DNA of 64,000 nucleotides from Candidatus Eiseniibacteriota bacterium (GCA_965224245.1 OZ245046.1:64001-128000); one strand, 5' to 3'; shown: positions 21,701 through 32,130, counted from the first letter of the stretch. The notes: a model not told the origin generated them from the letters alone. Program-made: numbers and translations.

Positions 21701-21987
21701 GCGATGCGACGACCCAGCTCCGGGTCGTGTGCCTCGTAGACGATGCCCATGCCACCTCGGCCGATCTCGCGCAGCACACGATACTTCCCGATCTCGGCGG
21801 GCGGCGCCTCGCTGCCACGAGGCGGGGCGAGAAACGTCGGCGCTTCCTCGAATGCTGCCAGCAGCTCGATCACGCGCTGCTTCAGGATCTCGTCGCCGCC
21901 GCAGGTCCGGGCGAGGTGCTCCGGTCGCTCATCCGGGTCGAGCTCGACGAGCTCGTTGAAGAGCTCCGCGGCACGGTGCGGGCTCAT
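18730..21987 (-). CDS. Cytoplasmic Ser/Thr kinase-STAND ATPase-TPR protein (STK2)
   Basis: [19 protein letters not shown]; Walker A GHGGAGKT; Walker [20 protein letters not shown]-terminal TPR-like helices; no TM segment seen. Confidence 0.92.
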   Translation of the reverse strand: MSPHRAAELFNELVELDPDERPEHLARTCGGDEILKQRVIELLAAFEEAPTFLAPPRGSEAPPAEIGKYRVLREIGRGGMGIVYEAHDPELGRRIAIKTLAPHIAADPERRERLRKEARAQASIVHANLATLHTLEESDGTVFLTMELVPGETLQKALRRGALGSEQTCRIGMQIASALEAAHARGIVHRDLKPGNVMLTSGGTLKVLDFGLATDPAAPRVTSTRVSGTPGYVSPEVFAGAAAGPAGDLWALGCILFECLTSRPAISGRTWSEIRDGTLTGPIAFDALPGECAELEAITRASLSRRPEERPTDARVIRHRLEEELLRLRATALGVSVSHPGAVLGNVTSQGLRFIGRQRTMRDVLDALEQSRLVTLTGHGGAGKTRTAIEAAVELRDQYPEGTWLIDLSAVDAGQVAAAICLTVGIEEQPGRRPEETVLSAMAGARSLLVLDSCEHVVRPVSDLVEDLLSRTQAVTILATSRRPLGVADERRIEIGPLLGEQADGTEDAAVALLRDRVAARGRGDFLDAMSPERVVALCHALDGLPLAIELAAAHVGIVDFEQIPALVIDPGPSARAVRRRPTRHQSLRKLVAWSFELLSPAEQELFTRLAALRGSWSLPMARDVCAGGDLPDSDVAGHLLRLVEASLVTTLPGPDASVRYRLLDTVREYAVHRLETHPDCHTVYERLVRTLARWTEPPASISDDRWFRTVAAEYATIEHALQRVLDLEVSGDALRLCANLLGYWGPRGRWSEGLRLLTPILEAFRPDDRSTREALYVEVLAGTATLATELQRFDVARPMLDEALARARRIGEPVLLGTVLRRSGICDHFRAENERAIEELREAARIFRHEQQDAELARTLHSLASALTLAQEHEEAHVLWKESLTLHRRAQDRPGEARALLSIGRNLGFRGELEAALGPMQGAGAIFQEFDDPVGRFTVLINVAATYRRLGRYESSAGTHREGLTVAVEMSHPGRVLAILFEYCATETELGDPTRAALYWSALDRAYEDLHLPRTPRALELQDGWVRSIRDRIGESALVRAQEAGAAMSLSAFVGSVAPELAERARATLRGALPGRSSRSPGHD

Positions 21988-22616
21988 GACCCCCCCGACC
22001 GGGAGCCCGGGTCGTCCACACCGTCGTCGCGGAGGATTTCCCAGAGAAACGCCCGCGCATAGCGCCAGTCCCGGACGACGGTCCGCAGCGAGACCTCGAG
22101 TACGTCCGCGACCTCCTCGTGTGTGAGTCCCGCGAAGTAGATCAGCTCCACGCTCCGGGCCGCGCGAGGCGACTCCTCGGACAGCTGCATCAGGGCCTCT
22201 TCGAGCGCGAGCAGGTCCGGCGTGGAGCTCTGTGCGGGTGTGACCGAAGCCGACGATAGCGGAACGCGATGGCGATCGCTTCCCCGCTTGGCCGCCGCAT
22301 GCGCTCGCGCATGGTCGACCAGAACGCGACGCATCGCCGTGGCCGCCAGCGCGAGCAGATGCCGGCCGTCGTCGATCCGAGAGCGACGCTGGCTCGCCAG
22401 GCGCAGGTAGGCCTCGTGTGCGAGAGCCGTGGTCCGCAGTGTGTGGTCGGAGCGTTCCCAGCGCATGAGCTGGCTGGCCAGGCCCCGGAACTCGGTGTAG
22501 ACCCGGGGCAGGATCTGGTCGAGCGTCGTCGGCGCGTCGGCGGTCGCGTGCGTGACCACGTCACGCACGAAGCGATCGACGAACGCGTTGGCTTCCGGGT
22601 CGGGGCCGGGCGACAT
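21984..22616 (-). CDS. ECF sigma factor, TIGR02999-like (ECF1)
   Basis: HTLRTTALAHEAYLRL, AMRRVLVDHAR, AAKRG, VELIYFAGLT, SLRTVVRDW; 4-bp ATGA overlap with STK2. Confidence 0.93.
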   Translation of the reverse strand: MSPGPDPEANAFVDRFVRDVVTHATADAPTTLDQILPRVYTEFRGLASQLMRWERSDHTLRTTALAHEAYLRLASQRRSRIDDGRHLLALAATAMRRVLVDHARAHAAAKRGSDRHRVPLSSASVTPAQSSTPDLLALEEALMQLSEESPRAARSVELIYFAGLTHEEVADVLEVSLRTVVRDWRYARAFLWEILRDDGVDDPGSRSGGS

Positions 22617-22954
22617 GGACGCGTCTCCTGACGGTTCTATCCCGGCGAGTATACCTCATGCGATCGGGAGAATCTGACCACGGCTCTGCACGCTGTGCAT
22701 CGTGGTCTGCGGAAACTACGTACTCGGTGTAAGTAGTCGGCTCGTCGTCGTCGAGAACGGCGTCTCTCGCGATGACCGGATATCATGTGACTCGGACCGT
22801 ACGATGGCGGCCCGGGCGCCTCGGTTTTGGTGCTCTCGTCATCGTGGAGGCGGCGGCGAGTAGCTCACCGTCTCCACGTCCACGAGGAGGCCGTCGAGGT
22901 GTTCTCGCAGTGCGGGATCAACCGACGTCTGCATCCGACCACCGAGGTGCTTCT

Positions 22955-23664
22955 CCGTCGCGCCATCCGCGGTCACGCGTACGGCGAGACGCGGCTGACC
23001 CTCCAGGTCGAATGGAAACCGCGAACGCGATCGACGTTCTCGTAGACGAGCGTGCGCTCGCCCGTGGCGAGGACGACGCGGTACAGATCGTGCCATCCAC
23101 GATCCCGGTCGTTCAGGCCGAGCCAGATCACGTCGGGCGTGGCATCGGGAGTTGCAAGCAGGGTGGCTTGATCCCATCGAGAGGCGTGAGATCTCGGGCG
23201 GGGGGTGCGCCGTCCCCGTCCTGCGGGTCGCCCGGGTCGATCACGTGGATGTGGTGGTTCTGGCTTCCACCGCGATCCTGTCGGTACAGAACGTAGTGCC
23301 CATCCCGGCTGCACGTGTACGCGCTGACGGCACGGACACCGGCCGTCAGCAGACGGGCATCTTCGAGCGGCTCACCCGTGTCCGCGACCCAGAGGTTCAT
23401 GACTCCGTTATGAGGCTTGACGAACGACACGTGGCGACCATCCGGAGAGAGCTGGCCGCTCGCGTACCGGGGGTTGCCCGCGAAGATCGCGCGATCGAGC
23501 AACGGCGAGAGATCGGCGCCCTGAAGCCCGGGCGCCGTGGGTGCGCTGCCCTCGGCTTCCTGCCCGATTGCGGGGGTCGTCATGACGAGTGCCGCGATCG
23601 TGCCCGCGACGGAGAGGCGAATGGTACGGGCTGGACGACGGAACAGCAGCGACGCTCGTCTCAT
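22955..23664 (-). pseudogene. Frameshifted, truncated S9 (acylaminoacyl/dipeptidyl peptidase-like) gene; only the N-terminal propeller part remains
   Basis: Signal peptide, then QLSPDGRHVSFVKPHNGVMNLWV...YRQDRGGSQNHH...RDLTP. Frameshift near 23170 continues as GLNDRDRGWHDLYRV; frameshift near 23012 continues as FDLEGQPRLAVR. No catalytic GxSxG domain follows. Confidence 0.8.
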
Positions 23665-23810
23665 GATGGCTCCACGGAGTTGAACATCGTTGGCAAGCCA
23701 ATGAGCGGGCGAACATACCACGACGTCGGCGACGGCCATGTCTCGAAACGTCACGACGTCGCCAGGTCACCCTTCACGAAGCCTGGGGGACACCGGCCTC
23801 GTCAACGGAA

Positions 23811-24491
23811 TCAACGTCGCTCGGCGGCCTGATCGACGTCGAAGCCGACCACGACGGGATGGAGCTCGCGAGGATAGCCCGCACGCTCGAAGGCATACAG
23901 GACGCCCGAGATCCGTGGCACCGAGAATGGCCAGGGATCGACGATCACCTCGCCGGCCGCCCGGACCTCGTAGCTGACCTCGACCGCGGCCGCAGCTGGA
24001 CCGTAGCGACTGAACACCTCGCGGGCGCGCTGACGGGGTGACTCGAAGCAGAGGTCGAAGGACACGAGATCGCAGAAGTTGGTGATGCGATCCGCCTGCT
24101 GGTAGCTCGCGAGTGTGAAGGGACTCTCGCGCAGGCGGCGGCTCACGATCTCGTCCACCTGCGCCATCAGCGTCTGCGACTCCGGATCCGGCCCCGAGAG
24201 CAATCGACGCAGGTGCAGCTTGGCGACGATGTCCGTGGTCGGGTCATCAAATCGTGTCGACACGCCCTTGCGCATGACCGCCAGCCACTCGTCGTCGGAG
24301 CTCTCGCCGATGGACAGATCGTCCAGCGGCCCGTATGCCCAGTCGTGGAGCGTCACGCCGGCCACGAACGCATCGAAGTCGAGATCGGGCCGGTCGAACG
24401 TCTCGTTTCCCCAGAGCCGGGCCAGGGTCCCCGAGAGGCGTGCATGCTCGTACTGGGTGAAGATGATCGGTCTGGTCTTGGACTTGAACAT
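23811..24491 (-). CDS. DUF3891-like protein
   Basis: QYEHARLSGTLARLWG, LHDWAY..LD, CDLVSFDLC and VDPWPF resemble the DUF3891 pattern as recalled. Confidence 0.72.
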   Translation of the reverse strand: MFKSKTRPIIFTQYEHARLSGTLARLWGNETFDRPDLDFDAFVAGVTLHDWAYGPLDDLSIGESSDDEWLAVMRKGVSTRFDDPTTDIVAKLHLRRLLSGPDPESQTLMAQVDEIVSRRLRESPFTLASYQQADRITNFCDLVSFDLCFESPRQRAREVFSRYGPAAAAVEVSYEVRAAGEVIVDPWPFSVPRISGVLYAFERAGYPRELHPVVVGFDVDQAAERR

Positions 24492-24892
24492 GTCGACGAG
24501 CCGGGCCTGTTCTTCGGATCACTCACACGGACGATCGAGTGGGATGATAGGCGACGACGTCGAGGCTGCGCAGCGGAATCCAGGCCGCCGCGCGTGCCGA
24601 GAGAGTGCCCGAGCGGCATGCGCCCCGAGCGCGAGCTTGCCTCGACCGAGTCACAACCGACTGGAACACATGGACTTCGTGGTGCGGTCACTCAACCGGT
24701 CCGACCAGCCCCCTGATCCAGGTCTTGATCGTCTGGCTCAACCAGCGGCGACGGGGGGAGAGCGACCACCTCAGGATATACGGTATTCCGCGCCGGACGA
24801 CTTGCGCGCCGCCGACCTCGGCGAGTAGCGTTGTGGCAACTCCCTTCCGTGTCGATGGACGAGTTGCTGCGAACGTCCGGAGGCAAGGCAAC

Positions 24893-26383
24893 GTGAAACC
24901 GACTCACGATCATCGGGAGCCGAGGATCGGTCGTGCGGCCGCGATGGGGTGCGTCCTCGCCGTCGCGACTCTGACCACTTCTCCCGACATGTCCAGCTCC
25001 GCCGTCATCCACGTGGACGGTGACGCGACCGACCCGATCGAAGACGGCTCGAGCTGGTGCAAGGCGTATCGGTCTCTCTCCGATGCATTGAACGCCGCCG
25101 CTCCCGGAGACGAGGTGCGAGTGGCGAACGGTACGCACCGTCCCGATCCAGCCGGGCTGGTCGATCCGCGCGCGGCGACGTTCACCCTGCTGGACGATGT
25201 CGTCCTCGTGGGCGGATACGCCGGATGCGGTGCGACCGAGCCCGATCAGCGCGACATTCGACTCTTCGAGAGCGTCCTCTCCGGCGACCTCGGCGCGGCC
25301 GGCGACCCCTCCGACAATGCCTACAACGTGCTCACCGCGAGCGGCGCCGACGGAGCGCGGGTCGACGGCTGCACCGTCGCCGAGGGGAATGCCGACGCCT
25401 GTCCCGACGTCTGTGCTCCGCACGATCGGGGCGGCGGCGCATCGATCACCTTCGGTGACCTGACGTTCGAGCGATGCACGTTCCGCCACAACGTCGCGAA
25501 TCGTGGCGGAGCCATCCATGTCGACAGCGGCACCCTCACGCTGCACGCCTGTGCATTCGTCGAGAACGAGTCTCTGCGTGAGGGCGGTGCGATCTTCGAG
25601 TTCAACATCGACATGATCGCCGAATCGTGCCTCTTTCACGACAACACCGCGGCATCCGACGGCGGTGCGATCTTCTCCGACTTGGGACTCGTCACGTTGA
25701 CGAACGTCACCGTGGTTGCAAACACGTCGTCTTCGCGCGGAGGCGGGATCTACAACTACGTCGGCGTGGAGATGCGGATCACCAACGCGATCTTCTGGGA
25801 CAACGAGGACCTGAGCGGGGTAACCGAGGACGCGCAGCTCTTCAACAACCCCAGCAATCCTCTGACCGTGAACTACTCGTGCGTCGAAGGGTGGAGTGGA
25901 ATACACGGGGGCACCGGGAACATGGGGGCCGATCCCGAGTTCCTCGATCCGACCGGTGGCGACCTGCACCTGGTCGGATCCTCGCCGTGCGTGAACGCCG
26001 GCGACAATTCGGCGGTCACGCTCGCGTTCGATCTCGACGGTGAGGCTCGCATCGTCGATGACGTGGTCGACCTCGGCGCCTACGAGTATCGAGCGGTGCT
26101 CGGCGTCGGTAGCCCGGGCCCGCCACCGCCGGTGGCCATCACGGTGCGGCCGCATCCCATTCGCCACCGGACCACGATCGGGCTGGCCGTGCCATCGACT
26201 CACGTGGACGTGTTCGACGTGACCGGGCGAAAGGTGATGTCGATCGATACCGCTCGTCGGTCCGAGGTCATCTGGGATCGCCGCGATCACCGCGGACGCG
26301 ACGTCGCGCCAGGCGTGTACGTGCTCCGCGCGCACGACGGAACGACGACGAGCGGATTGAGGACGATCGTCGTTACGCAATGA
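24893..26383 (+). CDS. Secreted beta-helix protein (Pmp-like GGAI repeats, choice-of-anchor Q-like) with FlgD-Ig/T9SS-type CTD
   Basis: DGSSWCKAYRSLSDAL; repeated FxxNxAxxGGAI; ADPEF..GDLHL..SSPCVNAG...VDLGAYE; CTD VFDVTGRKV...WD...PGVYVLR. GTG start after GGAGG (alternative ATG at 24944). Confidence 0.85.
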   Translation: MKPTHDHREPRIGRAAAMGCVLAVATLTTSPDMSSSAVIHVDGDATDPIEDGSSWCKAYRSLSDALNAAAPGDEVRVANGTHRPDPAGLVDPRAATFTLLDDVVLVGGYAGCGATEPDQRDIRLFESVLSGDLGAAGDPSDNAYNVLTASGADGARVDGCTVAEGNADACPDVCAPHDRGGGASITFGDLTFERCTFRHNVANRGGAIHVDSGTLTLHACAFVENESLREGGAIFEFNIDMIAESCLFHDNTAASDGGAIFSDLGLVTLTNVTVVANTSSSRGGGIYNYVGVEMRITNAIFWDNEDLSGVTEDAQLFNNPSNPLTVNYSCVEGWSGIHGGTGNMGADPEFLDPTGGDLHLVGSSPCVNAGDNSAVTLAFDLDGEARIVDDVVDLGAYEYRAVLGVGSPGPPPPVAITVRPHPIRHRTTIGLAVPSTHVDVFDVTGRKVMSIDTARRSEVIWDRRDHRGRDVAPGVYVLRAHDGTTTSGLRTIVVTQ

Positions 26384-26538
26384 GCTCCCCCCTCGGGGCC
26401 GTGGGATGTTGCGCCGGGCAGGCATGACTCCCGGTGGGTGGGCGACTAGCAAAGACCCTATGTCTCTCCACCCAGAGGCGATTCGACCCTTCCAGCTGAT
26501 ACCCTGTCGGCGGACCGGCACCGAGGCCGCACATCACC

Positions 26539-29500
26539 ATGTCCGCTGACATCCCCCCAGCGGAGGACGCGCTCGTGCACCCGGATCGCCTCGTTCGCCT
26601 GAAGACGGTGCTCACTCATGCGAGGAGCCTCCCGGACGCCGAACGCCGCGTGTTTCTGGAGGTCGCGTCGCGGGACGAGCCCGAGATCGCTCGAGACGTC
26701 GACGTGCTGCTGGCGCACGACGTCGATCCCGACGACATCCGCCTCTTGCTGCCCTTCCTTCGTGGTACCTCGACGCGTCCGGACAGTCTCCCTCCCGACG
26801 CGCACAACGCCCGGGTCTACCGGCTCTTCGACGAGGTGGTCTCGCTCGAGGGCGCCGAGCGTGAGAGCCATCTCGAGCACGAATGCTCCGATGAGCCGGA
26901 CGTACGCCGCGAGGTCGAGAAGCTCCTGGCGCTTGCCGTGGAGACGGCGGACCTACCCGTTCGCCCACTGGTGGAGCAGACTGCGGGCACGCCGACGGGC
27001 GGCCGGCTGTCAGGTGCGGTCAGCGTCCCCGAGCAAGTCGGTCGGTACCGTGTCGTGGGTACGCTCGGTTCCGGCGGCATGGGCGTCGTGTACCTGGGTG
27101 AGGATGACACGCTCGGCCGGCAGGTTGCGATCAAGATGGTGCACGGTGTGTCCTCGGGGCAGGAGCGCGCGCTGCGGCGCTTCGAGAAGGAGGCACGCCT
27201 TCTCGCGAGCCTCAATCATCCGAACATCGCGACGCTCTACTCGCTGGAGAGAGAGCCACCCCACGTGTTTCTCACGATGGAGGTGATCGAGGGGTGTTCG
27301 CTCGCCGAGCGATTGCAGGATGGTCCTCTTCGGATCGACGAGGCGCTCGCCGTCGGGCGAGAGCTGGCACTCGCGATCGAAGCGGCACATGCACGCGCGA
27401 TCGTACACCGGGATCTGAAGCCTTCGAACGTGATGCTGACCACCGCGGGTACGGTGAAGGTGCTGGATTTCGGTCTGGCCAAGCTCGCCGAGGTGGCCGA
27501 CGCCGTCGCGTCTTCCGGCGAGACGGGTGCCTCGATGCCCGGCGGAGCCACGGAAGTAACGCTGACCCGCGTGGCCGGTACCCCCGGCTACATGAGCCCC
27601 GAGCAGGTGCGCGGCGAGAGCGCGGACCATCGCGCCGACATCTGGGCATACGGCTGTCTCCTCTACGAGATCCTGACCGGCAACCGAGTGTTCGGTGGGA
27701 GCACGGCGGACGCGCGACTTCATGCCACGCTCGCGCTCGATCCCGACCTGGAGAGACTCCCGAAGGACGTCCCTACCGCGATCCGTGAGCTCGTGGCTTC
27801 CTGCCTGCAGAAGGACATCACGACTCGACTCGGATCGATCGTCGAGGCTCGTCGCGTGATCACGCGGACCATCGAGGCGCGCAAGCGATCCACCACGACC
27901 CGGAGGATGCGCGTTCTCTGGACCGTGACCGCGTTGCTGGTGGTAGCCGTCGTCTCGCTCCTCCTGGTTCGCGGCACAGCCGTCGACGAGGGACCCGTCG
28001 CAACACAGCTCACGCGTCGCCCGGCGGACGTGTACATCAACCATGCGGAGATCTCGCCAGATGGTCGCTCGGTGCTGATTTGTGAGTCAGGACGACCCGT
28101 TCTCTTGCAGGACATCGAGACGCAGGTGATGAGGGAGCTTCTGCTTCCCGAGGGAACGCGATCGTCAGGAACCATCGCGATCTGGCATCCGACCCGCGAC
28201 GTCGTGTTGACGCCTCTCTGGAAAGACACCGAGTACGACATGTGGTTCGTATCGCCGAGTGGCGGCGGAGAGCTGGCGTTTCCGGAGCTCGACCGCCAGT
28301 CGATCGGGGGCTCGTGGTCTCCGATGCTGGACCTCGCGATGTCGCCGGATGGACGGCTTCTGCTCAACAAGGGTCCGGGACACGGTACGTGGATCATCGT
28401 GCCCGGTGAGACGGCTGCCCGGCAGATCCTACCCGGCGTGAGCCTGGCGTCAGCCACCTGGAGTCCGACGGGCCAGGTCATTGCCTTCAAGGAGTCGGCG
28501 TCCGGGGTCAGCGTGGTCACGATGGACGCGGACGGAAACACGCATGTGATCATCGAGCCGTCCGACGGCCGTCTCGCGGCGGCGCACCTGAACATGGGCG
28601 AGCTGAGATCGCTTTTGTGGCTACCCGACGGTCGACTGATCTTCACACGAGCGATGGCTCCACCCGACGCGAAGAGTACGGAGCTGTGGTCGGTCGAGGT
28701 CGAACCCACGACGGGTGTCCGACTCGGAGATCCCGAACGGTTCGCGGGCTGGGTGCAGTGGGTCGCCGGGAATGTTACGAGCTCGCGTGCGGGGGACCGC
28801 CTCGCGCTGATCCGCAGGCGCACTGACGACGAGGTCCTCCGCATGGCGCTCGCCGAGGACGGCCGCTCCGCCGGTGAGCCGGTACGGGTGACGTTCGACT
28901 ACCGATCCGATCGCCCCGGAGTCTGGACGCTCGACGGGCGATACCTGTTTGCGTCGGAGCGATACGGAACGTATGACGTGCTGGCGACGACGGACGGTTC
29001 GACGGCGCCCCGGAAGCTCCTGACGGGTCCGGACGACGAACGCCCGATCTGCCTGACACCGACCGGTTCGCACGTTCTCGTCCGTGTCTCCGAGCCGGGG
29101 CGTCACTGGCTTTCGTCGGGCACCAGCATGCTGCTTCGCGTGCCGCTGAGCGGGGACCAGGAACCGAGCCCCGTCATGACGCTCGATCCCAACGAGGAGA
29201 TCGCGTGTGCGACCGACCCGGACGGATCGTGTGTGCTGATGAGGTTCAGAGATGCCGAGGTCGCGTTCCACCGGCTCGACGATTCGTGGCAGCCGGATCG
29301 CGTACTCGGCCGCACGGACATCGACGAGCTGCAGGGCTGGTTTGGATTCGACTGGGCGCTGTCGCCGGACGGACACGAGATCGCGGTCGTCTACCAGGAC
29401 GGACGCGCGCGATTCCTCGACGTCGCCTCGGGAACCTGGCGAGAAGTGAGAGCCAGCAGAAGGGGCTGGGACCACATCACGTATGCGAACGACGGGGAGA

Positions 29501-29694
29501 GCCTCTACATCACGCGATGGAGCAGCCGTGCGCCGACGATCGACCGCCTCTGGCACGACGGCACGTGGGAGACGGTATGGGACAACCACTACGGGCATTG
29601 GATGTCTGCACCGCAGGTGTCTCCCGAGGGTGACGAGCTGAGGTTTGGCATCAGGTTCAACGATGGCGACGTCTGGATGCTCGAGAAGTTCTGA
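26539..29694 (+). CDS. Membrane Ser/Thr kinase with beta-propeller sensor and duplicated N-terminal module (STK3)
   Basis: GSGGMGVVY, HRDLKPSN, DFGLAK, GTPGYMSPE; TM segment VLWTVTALLVVAVVSLLLV; SPDG repeats. Confidence 0.93.
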   Translation: MSADIPPAEDALVHPDRLVRLKTVLTHARSLPDAERRVFLEVASRDEPEIARDVDVLLAHDVDPDDIRLLLPFLRGTSTRPDSLPPDAHNARVYRLFDEVVSLEGAERESHLEHECSDEPDVRREVEKLLALAVETADLPVRPLVEQTAGTPTGGRLSGAVSVPEQVGRYRVVGTLGSGGMGVVYLGEDDTLGRQVAIKMVHGVSSGQERALRRFEKEARLLASLNHPNIATLYSLEREPPHVFLTMEVIEGCSLAERLQDGPLRIDEALAVGRELALAIEAAHARAIVHRDLKPSNVMLTTAGTVKVLDFGLAKLAEVADAVASSGETGASMPGGATEVTLTRVAGTPGYMSPEQVRGESADHRADIWAYGCLLYEILTGNRVFGGSTADARLHATLALDPDLERLPKDVPTAIRELVASCLQKDITTRLGSIVEARRVITRTIEARKRSTTTRRMRVLWTVTALLVVAVVSLLLVRGTAVDEGPVATQLTRRPADVYINHAEISPDGRSVLICESGRPVLLQDIETQVMRELLLPEGTRSSGTIAIWHPTRDVVLTPLWKDTEYDMWFVSPSGGGELAFPELDRQSIGGSWSPMLDLAMSPDGRLLLNKGPGHGTWIIVPGETAARQILPGVSLASATWSPTGQVIAFKESASGVSVVTMDADGNTHVIIEPSDGRLAAAHLNMGELRSLLWLPDGRLIFTRAMAPPDAKSTELWSVEVEPTTGVRLGDPERFAGWVQWVAGNVTSSRAGDRLALIRRRTDDEVLRMALAEDGRSAGEPVRVTFDYRSDRPGVWTLDGRYLFASERYGTYDVLATTDGSTAPRKLLTGPDDERPICLTPTGSHVLVRVSEPGRHWLSSGTSMLLRVPLSGDQEPSPVMTLDPNEEIACATDPDGSCVLMRFRDAEVAFHRLDDSWQPDRVLGRTDIDELQGWFGFDWALSPDGHEIAVVYQDGRARFLDVASGTWREVRASRRGWDHITYANDGESLYITRWSSRAPTIDRLWHDGTWETVWDNHYGHWMSAPQVSPEGDELRFGIRFNDGDVWMLEKF

Positions 29695-29712
29695 CCACCC
29701 GCGGGGGGGAAC

Positions 29713-30285
29713 ATGGCCGACAGGGACATTCCGATCACGCAGCTGCTGAACCGCGCGGGAGGGGGGGACGAGAAGGCCGCCGCGCTCGTTCTCTCCGAGC
29801 TGTACGAGAAGCTGAGAGGCCTGGCCAGGGCTCAGCGCGCTCGCTTGCGTCCCGGCGAGACGATGGACACCACAGCCCTCGTGCACGAAGCATATGTCCG
29901 GCTGGTCGATCGACGCACGGTGTCCTGGAACGGGCGACATCACTTCTACTGCACGGTTGCCCGGTCGATGCGGGATCTTCTCGTGGAGGAGGCACGACGG
30001 AAGCGGTCGCTCAAGCGTGGTGGCGATCAGCAGCGGGTCACGTTGCGCGACATCGCGGCCGTCGTAGATGCGGCTCCCGAGCGCGTGCTGGCGCTGGAAC
30101 AGGTGCTTCAGCGGCTCGAGCGCGATCATCCGGACAAGTACCAGGTCGTCATGTTGCGCTACTTCACCGGTCTCACCGTCCCGGAGATCGCGGAGGTTCT
30201 CGACATATCCGTGAGCAGCGTCGAGCGGCGCTGGCGCTTCTGCCGCTCGTGGCTGTTCCGGGAGCTGGGAGAGAGTGACGCCTGA
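29713..30285 (+). CDS. ECF sigma factor, TIGR02999-like (ECF2)
   Basis: ITQLL..AGGGD, TMDTTALVHEAYVRL, KRGG, LRYFTGLT; starts 18 nt after the STK3 stop. Confidence 0.93.
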   Translation: MADRDIPITQLLNRAGGGDEKAAALVLSELYEKLRGLARAQRARLRPGETMDTTALVHEAYVRLVDRRTVSWNGRHHFYCTVARSMRDLLVEEARRKRSLKRGGDQQRVTLRDIAAVVDAAPERVLALEQVLQRLERDHPDKYQVVMLRYFTGLTVPEIAEVLDISVSSVERRWRFCRSWLFRELGESDA

Positions 30286-30344
30286 GAGGACCCGGCGCGC
30301 TCACGATACGTGCTTCGCGAGCGACCGCCGGGCCATGGGGGTTT

Positions 30345-30893
30345 CTATGACTGCATGTCGAAGGGATCCGGATGCAGTCGGCTTGCCTCGCCGCTGATTC
30401 CGAACGCTCGGATGTCGTGGGCGTCGGACGAGCCCGGAAGCGCCAGAGTGACGAACAGGCTCACGCCCTCGTCGGGATCGATCTCGACATCGACGTTCTG
30501 AACCACGACGTAGCGCACCTCCGGCTCGCTCTCCGATGCGAGGTCGATGTTCAGCTCGCCGCTCCAGACTCCTTCGTTGGGATTGACGAAGTGGACATCC
30601 AGCTCCACGAGATCGTCGTGCTCGTAGATGACCATGGTGATCTCCAGGCCCCCGCAGGGATCTCCCGAGTCGGGCGCAGTCGACGCTCGTGGAGAGGCCA
30701 GGAGCCCCTGGTACTCGGCGGCCGGCAGTCGCACGAGCTCGCAGGAGCGAACGATCGCGCGATGGCCGCCGAATGTGGCGTTCGAGTCCCGTTCGTCGAC
30801 GCGGGGAGCGAGACTCGTCTGGGAGCAAGCGGTCGTCAGCAAGAGTGCCAGCGCGACACTCGTGGCCAGCGCGTTCACACGACGGGTACGCAT
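30345..30893 (-). CDS. Hypothetical lipoprotein
   Basis: GAGGAG RBS; MRTRR plus a hydrophobic stretch and lipobox LTTAC; acidic, beta-strand-like body. Confidence 0.7.
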   Translation of the reverse strand: MRTRRVNALATSVALALLLTTACSQTSLAPRVDERDSNATFGGHRAIVRSCELVRLPAAEYQGLLASPRASTAPDSGDPCGGLEITMVIYEHDDLVELDVHFVNPNEGVWSGELNIDLASESEPEVRYVVVQNVDVEIDPDEGVSLFVTLALPGSSDAHDIRAFGISGEASRLHPDPFDMQS

Positions 30894-31332
30894 CCTGTGA
30901 CTCCTCGGTGGTCGTTGTCGTCCTGCCACCGGTGCTCGGCTGTCGGAGCGGACGGTGGGCCTTCTGTCTGGGGAGCTGAGAAAGGAGGGAGGAACCCTTC
31001 ACGTGCGACCGAAGAGCGATCGGCGGGCCTGCCCGACGCGACCGACCGAGGGACCGAACGCGTTTCCTGATGACGACTTAGGGGCGACGGCGACCGTGAT
31101 GTCGCCATTCCGAAGACGCATCTCGAGGTCACCGTGCCCCACGCGTGCAAAGCGCGGCAGTCGACCGACCGATGGAGGTGAGGGAAACTGCGAGCATGCC
31201 GTTCCCGTTCGTAGAATGGGCGTCGGGAGAAGCCGGGGAGGCTGCCATGACCGCCGGCACGAGGTAGACGGAGGAAAGGTGAAGTGGTCTTCAGGCCCCA
31301 GTAGTGCCGCCACCGGCCAGGCACTGTGCAAG

Positions 31333-32130
31333 GTGTGTCGGGTGGTGGGGATCGTGGAGAGGTGCCTCGCAGCAGCTGTGCTGCTCTGTATCGGAGCTCC
31401 GGCCTGGAGTGACCAGCCCGCTGGTCAGTCGGGCTCGGAGGCTCATTCCATGCCCGCTGTCCCGGACTCGACGGGGCTCCGAGGTGACGCGGCCCCGATC
31501 GCCGATGCCGAGGCGATGGTCGACGCCATGGGCGGAAAGGAGATCTGGGCCGGGCTCGGCAGCCTGACCTTCGTCCACGAGTGGTTTCCGTGGTACCGGG
31601 TCGACTCGTACGTGGAGACCGAGACGCTCGATCTCACCGGGCCCCGCTCACTGGCGGAGCGGAAGAGCGAGATCCACCATGCGGTCCGGGCCTACAGCCC
31701 CGAGGGCCGGCGCTGGAACCTGAGCGACGGCGAGCTCGCCTACGGTTCGGAGGAGGCACTCGAGCGCGATCTCGAACGCGCCCCCTTCAACTTCTACCGG
31801 CTCGTCAAGGGTGTCGCCGTGGGCGACCCCTTCTACGAGGTGCGGTATGGGGAAGGCGACATACCCGGAACGAAGCGGATCGAGTTCTACGATCCGGACG
31901 GAAACCTGGGGGGATGGGTCATCCTGAACGTGCGCCACGAGCCGGTCGTGAAGGCAACACCGGCCTACCGCTACACGCTGGGGCCACTCCGACGCTTCGG
32001 GAACCTGCTGGTTCCGGCCTGGGGCGTGTACGACAACGGCACGACGAGGTACGAGATGATCTCGCTGGCGGGTGACGCCGATCCGCCGGACCCGGAAATG
32101 TTCCAGCCACCTGAGCCGTCTAGAGAATGA
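31333..32130 (+). CDS. Hypothetical exported protein
   Basis: Signal-like CLAAAVLLCIGAPAWS; MVDAMGGKEIW motif; strong coding-type codon usage. Start uncertain. Confidence 0.7.
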   Translation: MCRVVGIVERCLAAAVLLCIGAPAWSDQPAGQSGSEAHSMPAVPDSTGLRGDAAPIADAEAMVDAMGGKEIWAGLGSLTFVHEWFPWYRVDSYVETETLDLTGPRSLAERKSEIHHAVRAYSPEGRRWNLSDGELAYGSEEALERDLERAPFNFYRLVKGVAVGDPFYEVRYGEGDIPGTKRIEFYDPDGNLGGWVILNVRHEPVVKATPAYRYTLGPLRRFGNLLVPAWGVYDNGTTRYEMISLAGDADPPDPEMFQPPEPSRE

